Source: Macrostomum lignano (taxonomy: Eukaryota). From it: a DNA stretch of 64,000 bases. Made by a program: the position numbers and the translations under genes. The DNA lies in the NCBI GenBank assembly GCA_002269645.1, contig NIVC01003921.1, forward strand, positions 5,642 to 69,641, given 5' to 3'. Below are positions 1 through 28,292 of this stretch, piece after piece; positions within the stretch are counted from its first letter, which is position 1; the number at the start of each line of letters is the position of its first letter. The notes below the pieces were generated by a model. It made no database searches. It saw only the letters and a list, made by a program, of their open reading frames with translations, and was not told where the DNA came from.

Positions 1-627
1 CGCTGATTTTGGAAGCAAATAATTGCAGAAAGCAAGCAAATTTATTGTTCTATTCTAATAAAAATTCTAAACGTCTACAGTACTCTCTCCGCTGGCCATC
101 ATGCACTACACGTGAGCCAAAAATCATTTGGAGCGCACAGAATCGTACGGGAAGCGTATTTGACATCATGAAAAGCATTAAATATGAAAGTTAAGCTTTA
201 TTTCTTACTATGTGAGTGTATATTTGTATGATTTTAATATATTATATACTTAGCAACACTTTAACACCCCACGCACCCCACTCGCGATGCCAAACGGCCC
301 AAAAGTTTTGCCTGGTCTCAGCTGCCCCAAGAGTTCATCAACCGGCTGGTGATCAGGTTGCCAGGGCATTAATGATGACATTGTATGACTTTTGTGCCGC
401 GTGACAGCGTCAGTTAGGGGGGGGGAGCATAGATAGAAATTCTAGTGCTTCAGCATAATTTTTTAAGAAAACGGCAACGGCAACGCGGAGCAGAATAATT
501 TCAACATTCGGGTAATAAATAAATAGCAACTAGCAATAGAAATATATTATTCGATTATTCGAACACTATAATGTCACAGATTTGTACCGAAATTTATCCA
601 ACATAGCCAGCAGCAAGGTAGCGTGTT

Positions 628-3600
628 TCAAACTGTCAGGGTACCGTTAATGTACTTGGCCCATTCGATAATGTTCCTGGTGCAGACCACGCACCTGGCT
701 ATGTGGCCAGTGCCGCTCGCGTAGGTGAAGGTCTCCGATTTCAGCACGGGTTCCTCTGTCTCCGTGGCGCGCAGCCACAGGGTGTGAAAGTCTTTGAAGT
801 AGCCGCAGCTGCCCTCGCCTCGGCATTCGATGAACATGTTCTTCTTGAACCTTAGGCAGCTGCCTGGCGAGGACAGAGGCTGCACCGAATCTCCGGGGTT
901 TGGCGGCCGAACTGCGGTGGGGGCGACGGGTTGCTGCTTGTAGATGTCTGAGTGTGCTTGTGGATGGCTGAGTGTGCTTGTGGGTGGTTGAGTGTGCTTG
1001 TGGATGTCTGAGTGTGCTTGTGGATGTCTGAGTGTGCTTGTGGGTGGCTGAGTGTGCTTGTGGATATCTGAGTGTGCTTGTGGATGTCTGAGTGTGCTTG
1101 TGGGTGGCTGAGTGTGCTTGTGGATATCTGAGTGTGCTTGTGGATGTCTGATGGTGCTTGTGGGTGGCTGAGTGTGCTTGTGGATGTCTGATGGTGCTTG
1201 TGGGTGGCTGAGTGTGCTTGTGGATGTCTGAGTGTGCTTGTGGATGTCTGAGTGTGCTTGTGGGTGGCTGAGTGTGCTTGTGGATGTCTGAGTGTGCTTG
1301 TGGATGTCTGAGTGTGCTTGTGGGTGGCTGAGTGTGCTTGTGGATGGCTGAGTGTGCTTGTGGTGGCTGAGTGTGCTTGTGGATGGCTGAGTGTGCTTGT
1401 AGGTGGCTGAGTTTGCTTGTGGATGTCTGAGTGTGCTTGTGGATGGCTGAGTGTGCTTGTGGATGGCTGAGTGTGCTTGTGGGTGTCTGAGTGTGCTTGT
1501 GGGTGTCTGAGTGTGCTTGTGGATGGCTGAGTGTGCTTGTGGATGGCTGAGTGTGCTTATTAAGCGTAAATATAGTCATTGACAGTTTGATGCCAATAGA
1601 TACTCACTGTTAAGAGGCTGTGACCATCCCAAAGCGATCTCCATCCCGAGGGACAATTCGGCCTAGTATTGGTGTAGTTGTGAAATGCGTACACCTGCAA
1701 ATAGATGGAGAGTGGTGGTAACGAATGGATCTTTTTTTCGGTTTCTTAAAATTGATTTAAATACAGCGTACATTTTCTCAATGTACATTGCCTCAGTGCG
1801 TAGATGCTAATAAAGTAAACAATAGTTGCTACTAACCTTGCTGGGCGAATAGCACACGGCGCAACGACTGATGTACTGGGACATGTTCCTGTAGGTGTCC
1901 AAGTCCATTGCCATCTCCATGGTAACGGAGACGTCCGTGCTCAGCCAGTAGGACAGGCTGTTCCTCTGGGCATTGTGGCAGTTCTTGGAGTTCTCGCACA
2001 GGCTGAACGGCATTACGTTGAAGCGTCGAAGGCAGGAGCCGGGACTGCCGAGGTCGTAGACTTTGCTGTACGAGTTCGAGAACACCGACATGAACGAGTA
2101 GCCGGCCCAAAGGCGCTGCGTGCCGCTGGGACAGCCGGGAACGTCGGTCCGCTGACTGTGCAACGCGAACATGTCGCCCCGCAGGTTGCGACCCTCCGGA
2201 CCGCGGTCACCGTCGCTGCCCGGCTCGCCTTTGGAACCGTTGTCGCCGCCGTCGCCGTGATCACCCTGCTGGCCTTTTGGCCCCGGCGGGCCCTTGTCGC
2301 CAATGGGCCCCGCCTCGCCCAGGTCGCCTTTTGGCCCCGGTGGTCCTCGCGGACCCCTCCCGCCGGCAGGCCGTCGCGACCCTCTCGACCCGGCGCTCCC
2401 GGGTGCCTTTCTCGCCAACCTCGCCAACCTGGCCGACGCTGCCGGTCACGGAGTCGCCCCGTTCACCTTTCTCACCGTCGCTGCCCCGGTCGCCGACTTG
2501 GCCGCTCTGGCCGCGTGAGCCCAATCTGCCCTTGTCGCCTTTAAACCCGGCGACGCCTTTGGCTCCGCGTTCGCCCAGCTCGCCTTTCGCGCCAACTCGA
2601 CCGTCCGGACCGACCGCGCCCTTGCGACCCTGCTTGCCCAGCGGCCCAGACGAGCCTTCAACGCCTGTGACGCCTTTGTCGCCTTCCAGGCCTACGTTGC
2701 CCTTTTCTCCGGCCTGGCCCTTGTCGCCTTGCCGGCCCTTGATAGCGTCCTGACCCTTCAAAGCATCTTCACCGGCCTTGCCTTTGACACCTTTAGGTCC
2801 TGTGTCGCCCAGCTCGCCTTTATCGCCTTTCTGCCCGTCGGTTCCGGTTTCGCCTTTGAGCCCGACGTCGCCATCGCGACCCTTCTGGCCCCGGTCGCCC
2901 AAATCGCCCTTGTCACCGACCGAGCCCTTGCTGCCGGTGGCGCCTTTTACGTACACAGTGTTCACGTCACCGAGCTGGCCGCGGTCGCCCTTGTCCCCGG
3001 TGTCTCCGCTGTCTCCAGTGAAGCCTTTGTCGCCCACTGACCCTGTCGAGCCATTGTCGCCGCTAACGCCTTTCTGACCGCGCTCGCTAGCCTCGCCAAT
3101 CTGGCCTTTCAAACCTTTAGCGCCTTGGTTGCCAAACGTGCCTTTCCGACCGACGTTGCCGTCGCTGCCGTTGACTCCTGGCTCACCGACAGGGCCGCGG
3201 TCGCCTACCGGCCCCCTGGCACCCGTGTCACCCGGTGGACCCTGAGGACCGATGTCTCCGAGGTCGTCGCTGCGTCCGCCAGCCCCGCCGCGCATGCCTT
3301 TGGCGCCTTTCTCGCCCAACGGGCCCTTGGGTCCTCTGGGTCCCTTGTCGCCCGGTTGGCCATTCGGTCCCTTGTCGCCTAGGAAACCTTTGTAGCCTTG
3401 GTTACCGCGGTCACCCTGTGCAATATTTTTAATAATAACTGTAGTTTATATCCTTAAACTCCATTCTCTGTTCATGTGAATTGTGAACCAACCCCTTCTC
3501 TCCTGCTCCTATTTTCTTTTGATGAACGCTTAGCGCTCTGCCCCGTCCGTCATCTCTCTTTTTCTTATTCTCCTCTTCCCCTATGTACATGTAGGCCCAT

Positions 3601-6600
3601 CCTTTCCATGGCTTTCTTGCAATGCACGCTTGCCGCTTCTCGCTCCACCCCGCCTGTTATTTCTCATCTCCTACACTCACACATTCGGCCTATGTACAAG
3701 CATGCCCCACCCCTCCCCAGGTTTTTTTCTATGTACGCTCTCTCTCTCCTGTCTTTTGTCTCTCTCATCTCCTCACCCGTTCGTCTATGTACATGTAAGG
3801 CTCCCCTGTTTTATTATCGCCCATTAAAAGCGAAAATAAACTAACGAGAATGCTCCATGATGCTACCACTGTCTTTTTCACTACAGAACAAACTATACTC
3901 CTCATTGATTCATATTTTAAAACAAGACTGAATAGGCCTGATTATTGAAGTATAGCAACTTTAGATCCGCTTGGTCTCACCTGAGCACCCAGCTCGCCTT
4001 TCCTGCCTTCTCGGCCATCCATTCCAGCCGTGCCATTATCGCCAACGGTTCCCTTGGGACCCAGCGGCCCAGCCGGTCCGTTCGGCCCGCGAGGACCGAC
4101 GTCGCCTTTCTCGCCCGTCGGCCCGAAGGCTGCGTAGCCGCGCGGCCCGACGCTGCCATTGTCGCCTTTAGCACCGACTGGACCGTCGGGACCAGGCGGG
4201 CCACGGCTGCCAATATCGCCGAGCTTGCCCTTGGTGCCCTTGTACTCCTTGCCGGGCCAGCCGGGCAGCCCGACGTTGCCCTTCGGCCCGGTGTCACCTT
4301 GAACTCCTTTGAAGCCGGTGTGGCCGACGGGTCCTTCAATACCGATCGTACCGTTCTCACCTTTGTCGCCCTTGACTCCGACGTAGCCTTTCTCGCCTTG
4401 AACTCCTTTGTCGCCTTGCGGGCCTCGTTCGCCTGCGGTTCCGTTGGGACCGATCGGACCCCGATCCCCGGCCTCTCCGAAGTCGCCCTTCTGACCCCGG
4501 TCGCCCTGAACGCCCTGGTAGCCCTTGGGGCCGATGGGGCCCGTCGGGCCTCTGCGGCCAGTCACGCCCTGGTTCCGATTGGTCCGGTTGCGCCCATCCA
4601 GTCCGGGCTCGCCTTTGTCGCCAGTTAAGCCGGTTGCGCCTTTCTCTCCTTTCTCACCCCGGTCGGCTGGATTCTCGTCGCCTCGCTCGCCTTTCTGCCC
4701 AGTCCGTCCCTTCTCGCCGTTTGCACCCTGTTCGCCAAAATCACCCAAATAGCCGGTGGCACCTTTGATGCCGTTTGGCGCATCGTCGCCCGTCTCGCCG
4801 CGCGGGCCCGTATCACCTCGTTCGCCCTTGTAGCCGATGCTGCCATTCTCGCCGACGACGCCTTTGCTCGCGCTGCCTTCGACACCTTTGGGACCCTGGT
4901 CACCGCGACGGCCTTTCTGCCCGATGCTGCCATCAGTGCCGTTGTCGCCTTTGAGGCCTTTGACGCCTTTGAAGCCGAGGTCGCCCTTCTCTCCGACGTC
5001 GCCTCGAGCGCCCTGATCGCCGCGAGTCCCATTTTCGCCGCGGTCTCCGGTCTGGCCTTTCCGGCCGCGCTTGCCGTTCGGCCCTACGATGCCCTTCTCG
5101 CCGAGGCCGCCGTTGACAGCGGAATCGCCTTTGTCACCTTGCTCGCCTTTGAAGCCCAATTCGCCTTTGACGCCTTTGACGCCTTTACGATATTCGCCTG
5201 TCTCTCCTTTGATTCCTTTGGCGCCTTTGAAGCCTTTGGCCCCGGCGATGGAGCTGGCGTTCTCGCCTTTAACACCGACGAAGCCTTTGGGGCCCTTCTC
5301 GCCTTTGTGACCTTTGGTGGCGTTCCTGCCGTCCAGTCCGTGCGCCGCATTGTCTCCCTGGCAGGGGCGGAAAGAAATAGTGAAATACTGTTGGAAACAT
5401 TGTGGACCTACTCTGACTGCTCACTTTGGACCTTTCTTCTCGGAACTAATTTTGGGACTTAATGTGTACATCTCTTTAAAAATTGTTTGGGACGGCTTTC
5501 AGGATTCATTTTATTTCATTTTGGCCTCCTTTAACTCTTTTAAAACATTTACTTCAAGACAAATCTTTGGTACTTATTTTTTATTGTTTTAGCTCCTTTC
5601 ATGACTCATAGCAAACTCAACAATTTTTCGACTTACCCTCTCGCCCTTGTCGCCAGTGTAGCCCTTGGCCCCCAATCTGGCGTCCTCGCCGAAGCTGCCC
5701 TTCTCGCCTTTTCGTCCAGCCTCACCGGTGCTGCCCCGTTCGCCTTTCTCTGGTGCCCTGGTGCCCTGCGGCGGCCGAACTTCGCCCGGCTCGCCCTTGT
5801 CACCTTCGAAGCCTTTGGCGCCTTCATTGCCTGGGAAACCCTGGGGATGCGCAATGACAGAGCGAGTTGTCGTCTATTCTTATTCTATTCTATATTCTCA
5901 TCTAATTATCTAATCTCTTCTAATCCAATCCTACCTTATTCTATTCTAACTTTTCGTTCTCCCTTGCTCACCTGCGGTCCCCGATCTCCGGCTTCACCTT
6001 CGTCGCCTCGCAGGCCGACGTCGCCAAAGTTGCCGGGGACCCCCTTGGGTCCGAGGTTACCGCGGTCGCCGGCTCGGCCCTTGGCGCCCTGGTCGCCCTT
6101 CTGGCCCTTCCTCGGCGCCGGCGGCGTGCAATCCTCGTAGCAGCCGCCTTTGGCCCCGACGGCGCCTTTCTTACCAGTCTCACCGGAGCTTCCGGGTGGC
6201 CCCTCCAAGCCTTTGACGCCCTTCGGTCCGCGCTCTCCCTTCGGCCCGACTGTGTCGTTGCCGGTCGGCCCGGGCAGTCCAGGCACCCCGATGCCGCCCT
6301 TGAAGCCAGTCTCGCCCGGCGGGCCCTTGTCGCCGCGCTCGCCTTTGCCCGTGTCACCGAATACTCCGATATCGCCGACGTAGCCGATTCGCCCTGGCGG
6401 CCCTGTTGGACCTTTTTCGCCTTTCGGGCCTTCCTCGCCCGGGTGTCCGGTCTCGCCGGCCAAGCCTCGATTGCCGTCCGAATGGCCGAATCCCTTGGCT
6501 CCGGTGGCGCCCGGCTCGCCCTTCCGGCCACGCTTGCCGACCGGACCGAGTTCGCCTGGAGAGCCTGCGGAGATGAGAGATGAGAGATAACGGACCTGAT

Positions 6601-9600
6601 AAGATAACTGAGACAGTGGATGCGACATTACTAGCGTAGGTACGAGATAACACAAGGAGATAAGAGAAAATTAGTAAAGATAGGAAGTCAGAGATAAGAG
6701 ATAAGAGTTGGCAGCTCGAAGATCAAATCTGAAAAGTTGTAAAGTAAATTAATAGAAAATAGTCTTTTCAAACTGACTTACCCCTACTTCCCTGAGGTCC
6801 TGCATCACCAGTTGGACCAGGCGGCCCTTGGGGTCCCCTCGATGACGTCGTTGGACCAGGGTCTCCAGTTGGACCCTTAAGGAGAAAATTCGAGGCCGAA
6901 TACCACCGATTGAACAGGCTGAAGGCTGTGTGCTGTTACTACCAAATATGCCTTTAACTAACAAGTTCAGCCTAACCAACCCTTCCTGCACATCCATCAC
7001 CCTATTCTGAAACACCCACCACTAATGACCCATGCAGGCACACCCGGCACCCGAGTCACTCAAACCCTAGCAAGCAAACCCACCACCCCATTCTAGCAAA
7101 CTCACCACCCCTATTCAAACAAACCCACCAACCTCATTCCAGCAAACCCACCAACCCCATTCCAGTAAACCCACCACCCCAAGTCTAGCAAACCCTCCAC
7201 CCCATTCTAGCAAACCCACCACCCTAATTCGAACAAACCCACCACCCCCATTCTAGCAAACCCACCACCCCATTTTAGCAAACCCACCACCCCTATTCTA
7301 GCAAACCCTCCACCCCATTCTAGCAAACCCACCGCCCCTATTCAAACAAACCCACCACCCCAATTTCAGCAAACCCACCACCCCCATTCTAGCAAACCCT
7401 CCACCCCCATTCTAGCAAACCCACCACCCTAATTCGAACAAATCCAGCACCCCCATTCTAGCAAACCCACCGCCCCTATTCAAACAAACCCACCAACCCC
7501 ATTCCAGCAAACCCACCACCCCCATTCTAGCAAACCCACCGCCCCTATTCAAACAAACCCACCATCCCAATTTCAGCAAACCCATCACCCCCATTCTAGC
7601 AAACCCATCGCCCCTATTCAAACAAACCTCCATCCCAATTTCAGCAAACCCACCAACCCCATTCTAGCAAACCCACCACCCCCATTCCAGCAAACCCACC
7701 AACCCCATTCCAGCAAACCCACCACCCCCATTCCAGCAAACCCACCGCCCCCATTCTAGCAAACCCTCCACCTCTATTTCATAAAACCCACACCTCAGGA
7801 CCACTCACCCGCATTCCTTTCTGTCCTTTTTTTCCGGGGTCTCCTATATCGCCTTTGATGCCGATCTCTCCTGGGCCTCCTTTCCGTCCGGTGTTGCCGT
7901 CCTTGCCCGGCTCGCCTGCGACGCCACGCGACCCTACCTCGCCGCGAGGTCCCGGTTTGCCCGGCGGGCCCTTCACACCTGGGTCGCCGTTCCCTCCGGT
8001 ACCACCTTGAATTCCGACAGTGCCCTGCAAATTAAATTACGAGCGTAATAGTTAAAAATCACCCCTATAATTTCAAGTTCTAGTATCGTCATTCAAGAAC
8101 TTTACTACTAAATCCTAGCACTTAAGATACTCAAGTAAGCAAATCCATGTTTTTACAACCCAAAACCAATCTTTACAACTCTTTAATCGTAAATCCGAAC
8201 AATTGAACCTTTAATATCGACCAGAAAAAATTAAATCTCTTTTTCAACTCCCTAATGATTGATAGTGCGAACTAAACTAAAAGCCGAAACAATCAGACTT
8301 CCCAATGATCAATAGAAATTCCGCATGATCATGACAGATTGAAGATCATCCCCAATATTAGCCAGCCGCCAGACCTGGTCACCCTTCACGCCTCGCTCTC
8401 CCTTAGGTCCAAGCTCTCCCTTGAAGCCTTTGTCCCCAGCTGGGCCGCTCATGTTATTGACTAGAATGTCCAACAGCGAGTAGTTGCTCGATGTCAGGGC
8501 GATGCGAGTCTCGATGCCTGGACTGCCTTTTCGACCTTTTTCACCTTTGTAGCCCTGAAGACAGGTGGGAAGGTTAGTCCAATTGTCAATAATTAGAAAT
8601 ACGAGCGTACGAGCGTAAATCGATACTTTCGTCTGGTAGCAAATGAACGCGCTTTGCTCTCACCTTCGGGCCGATGACAAACTCTCCGATTCGGCCTTTA
8701 TCGCCTCTCTGACCTCTCTGACCTTCGTATCCGAGTTGGCCCTGGAAGTAAGAATAGTTGAAATAGCTCTGAACGCTTTCCATGAATTATCAATAATTGT
8801 GCCTTAGGTCACTTGAGTTTTTCGTAAAGACCCGCGTGAGTTTCAAAATAAACACAGGTGAGTTGTAGAATAAGTGTACAATGATCGCACCTTGTTTCCT
8901 TTCTCGCCTTTGTAGCCCTTCTCGCCGGGAGGGCCTTCCGGTCCGGTCGGGCCGGGAAAGCCAATGTAGCCGGGTCGCCCGGGTCACCTGGGAGGCCTTT
9001 GAGAGAGGCAAGCGACTCAGCCGGCTGGCCCTGGAAAAGAGAAGGGTTTGCCGGCAGCTTGTGTAAATTGCAAGTTGATACAGGTGTGGAGCGACGGGGA
9101 AGGGTTTGCTGGGCTGGCTGTCTGGGTGTGGAGCGATGGGCAAGGGTTTGCTGGGCTGGCTGTCTGGGTGTGGAGCGATGGGGAAGGGTTTGCTCGGCTG
9201 GCTATCTGGGTGTGGAGCGATGGGGAAGGGTTTGCTCGGCTGGCTATCTGGGTGCGGAGCGATGGGCAAGGGTTTGCTCGGCTGGCTATCTGGGTGTGGA
9301 GCGATGGGGAAGGGTTTGCTCGGCTGGCTATCTGGGTGCGGAGCGACGGGGATTGGTTTGCTCGGCTGGCTGTCTGGGTGTGGAGCGATGGGGAAGGGTT
9401 TGATGGGCTGGCTATTTGGGTGTGTAGCGATGGGGAAGGGTTTGATGGGCTGGATATTTGGGTGTGTAGCGATGGGGAAGAGTTTGAGGGGTTTCCTTTT
9501 CAGTACTAATTTCAGTCATATAGACCATCAAGATCATCGCCTTTGTTTCACCTTCCGACCCTGCGGTCCTCTGGATCCGTTGTCGCCCTTTTCGCCGAAA

Positions 9601-11116
9601 TCGCCCGGAGCGCCCGGCTGACCCGGATCGCCCGGCCGGCCGCTGCATCCGGGCTCGCCTTTAAAACCGAACGTGCCGTCTACGCCTCTGGCACCTCGGG
9701 TGCCCTGTGGATGAGGTTTTTTTATTGAAAAAAGATGCATAGACAGATCTGAAGCAGGTATTAGTGGCAGTAACAAAAACTCACCTTCGGTCCCGTGTCT
9801 CCCTGAATGCCAACTTCGCCCGGTTCGCCCGTTGCACCTTTGAATCCTTTCGGTCCGTAGGGCCCCTCGGCGCCTTTCCGGCCTTTTTCACCTCGTGCTC
9901 CCGGAGGTCCAGCCAGGCCGTTAATGCCTTTGATGCCTTTAGGACCTCGATCGCCCTGAAGAGAGCAATGGGGTGAAGAGCTTTTGAGAATGGCTGCTTT
10001 GACCGGGTGTGAGAGATTGGAAAAAGGTTTGTGAAGTTGGCTATCTAAGTGTGGAGCGATGGGGGAAGGGTTTGTAGAGTTGGCTATCTGAGTGTGGAGC
10101 GATGGGGGAAAGGTTTGTAGAGTTGGCTATCTGAGTGTGGAGCGATGGGGGAAGGGTTTGTAGAGTTGGCTATCTGAGTGTGGAGCGATGGGGGAAGGGT
10201 TTGTAGAGTTGGCTATCTGAGTGTGGAGCGATGGGGGAAGGGTTTGTAGAGTTGGCTATCTGAGTGTGGAGCGATGGGGGAAGGGGGTTTGTAGAGTTGG
10301 CTATCTGAGTGTGGAGCGATGGGGGAAAGGTTTGTAGAGTTGGCTATCTGAGTGTGGAGCGATGGGGGAAGGGTTTGTAGAGTTGGCTATCTGAGTGTGG
10401 AGCGATGGGGGAAGGGGGTTTGTAGAGTTGGCTATCTGAGGGTGGAGCGATGGGGGAAGGGGGTTTGTAGAGTTGGCTAAGTGTGGAGCGATTAAGTTGC
10501 ATCATTAGTACAAGTTCACCAGATGACTTGACTGTTGCATTTTAGTCAAGTGATGAGTCATTTGCTTACCGCGTAGCCCTTGGCTCCGTCGCACATGCAA
10601 GGTTCGGTGGCGCAAGTCTGCAATGCAAAGCATCGTGGGGCAGCATGTTTTTGTCGGCTTTTATGACGCATCAAAGGTGACCGAGGGGGTAGTTTCCCAG
10701 AAAATAAGAATATTTACAACTCCTCCACTAGGTGAATTACCAACATGCCTGTGTTGCAAGAAATTAACATATGATTGTCTTCATGATAGAGTTTTGTGAA
10801 ACCAGCTCAGCGGATGACCAGTCACTAAATCGATGCAGCGACAAATAGCTATTTATACATCACTTAAAATTGAAAAAATGGTGAGAAGGCCTAAAAAGCT
10901 TCAAGCCTGAAGGCCTAAAACGAAACTAGCTCGTAAGTAAATTGGCTACAAATTATATCGACGGCTGTGGACTTCAGTATGAAAAAATCTGGAAAAATGC
11001 ATCTTGAAACTCACCGCAGCCGACCTGACGGGCTCAGGAAGGCAGCTCAATGCAACTAGCAACGCAAAGAGAAGCAGCAGAGGCAGCCTGGGCGCATTAC
11101 GACGGCGTTGCTCCAT
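628..11116 (-). CDS. COL4A1: Type IV collagen alpha1-like chain (15 exons, about 1776 aa after correcting frameshifts)
   Basis: GT-AG exons with compatible phases: 11015-11116 (signal peptide [34 protein letters not shown]), 10570-10617 ([14 protein letters not shown], 7S Cys), 9785-9955, 9552-9704, 8891-9030, 8664-8741, 8375-8554, 7809-8024, 6782-6875, 5972-6564, 5637-5840, 3981-5357, 1837-3415, 1608-1694, 628-933. Long Gly-X-Y domain followed by two NC1 subdomains ([30 protein letters not shown]; SPGSCL..FIEC..ARCVVC). ECRGEGSC spacing (C-x5-C) is alpha1 type. Frameshifts near 8982 and 2365-2403. The alpha1 label is less certain than the collagen IV call. Confidence 0.93.
945..1560. repeat. 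Minisatellite, 20-bp unit GAGTGTGCTTGTGGATGTCT, last intron of alpha1-like collagen
   Basis: About 30 tandem units read directly; explains ORF 647..1579. Confidence 0.97.
7055..7775. repeat. C-rich minisatellite (about 22-bp core CCACCACCCCCATTCTAGCAAAC), intronic
   Basis: Tandem degenerate units read directly. Confidence 0.92.
9085..9480. repeat. Minisatellite, 42-bp unit GGGTGTGGAGCGATGGGGAAGGGTTTGCTCGGCTGGCTATCT
   Basis: Tandem units; 14-aa periodic spurious ORFs. Confidence 0.95.
10015..10492. repeat. Minisatellite, 43-bp unit GAGTGTGGAGCGATGGGGGAAGGGTTTGTAGAGTTGGCTATCT
   Basis: Tandem units; clearly related to the 9085-9480 unit. Confidence 0.95.
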
Positions 11117-12224
11117 TGAGATCACGCAAGTCCCGGGTGAAGCTCAATGCCGTCTCCGTTGCTCCGGAAGCCTTTCTAACCAGTATGCTAGCAGGGTTTA
11201 TCAATCTGTTCTCTTCACCAAATTGGATCCAACTGTTGGACGGCGGCAATGTGCCGGCTGCTGCGGCGTTGCTAGGAAAATGCAAAACCGATTCCTGGGC
11301 GGATGGGTGGGTAGCGCCGCTTGTACGCGCCGCCAGGTGATGCGCAGAAGCGTTTCCTTTCCTTCTTCTGCCCGATCTCCTCTCGGCCCGGTTAGGGGAA
11401 GGTATAGTTTTAGCAAAAGCTGGAACGTGGAGGGAAGTTTAACTGCGCTCTGATGCGCTACGACTGGGCGCTCCGGAGTTGCGCCATCTTCCTCTTCTTT
11501 TCCCTAGAAGAAGACCAAGAACTGCGCATAAACCGGTAATGGGGTGAAGGCAGGGCAGGCTAGGATGCAGCATCCGCAGCATCCGGGATGACGGGATGCG
11601 GAATTCGCCGGACAAATTTGGTACATTCGCTGCGCTCTTGTGCGCGCGGCAGTGCGTCAGACCCGGCCGGGGGCTTGTAGCAGCATTCGCGCAAGCAGCA
11701 AACTTGGACGCTCTACCGGAACCCGCGCGCGACTGACTGGGCCAGATCGAAAACTCCAGAGGGTCGGGGCTGGGCTTAGAGGGGTTCGGGTAGGGTAAGG
11801 CGGAACCAGTGCGCGTTCGCCATTCACCTTGAAGAAAGAGAGGCGGAGAGGACGAGGAAAAGTTAGGCTGGGCCAGAAATTTGCTTTCACTTGCCAGTCT
11901 CTGAACCCCGCAATCCGTCCACAAATGGCGCACAAGTAGCGAAAGTAGCGTTTCTACCCCGATATTCTGCGGCCTCATCCCCGCTTCCGAACTTCCCTCT
12001 CCTCTCCCAGTCTCCTATTTTCTCTCTCTCTCTCTATTCGGGTTTGATTTCGCAGCACAGCAACGAACCTCGCCGAGCGTTGCCTCTCTCGAGGATATCT
12101 CCAATTGCTTCCGGACCCTCGAGCAGAGCCGTGTCCAGAGCAGCCAGCGGGTGTCCATTGTATTGTAGCGAATAGGTAACTGGAAGACGTCGGGTAAAGA
12201 TCAAGGGGAACTTTGTCTGGTGGC
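11117..12224. promoter_or_regulatory. Shared bidirectional promoter and 5' UTR region of the collagen IV pair
   Basis: Lies between divergent ATGs at 11116 (minus) and 12225 (plus); CpG-rich, with a CT-rich tract at about 11995-12035. Transcription start sites not determined. Confidence 0.75.

Positions 12225-28292
<16,068 letters not shown>

Noticed and set aside
647-1579. 310-aa His/Thr/Gln-rich ORF
   Set aside because: Translation of an intronic 20-bp minisatellite running out of frame into the collagen last exon
5821-5840. Apparent frameshift at the start of an alpha1-like exon
   Set aside because: Resolved by using the acceptor giving an exon start at 5840 (GGT TTC CCA GGC), which is in frame
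1975-6383. Numerous Pro/Ser-rich plus-strand ORFs
   Set aside because: Antisense shadows of Gly-X-Y collagen exons; the same applies to the minus-strand ORFs over the alpha2-like gene
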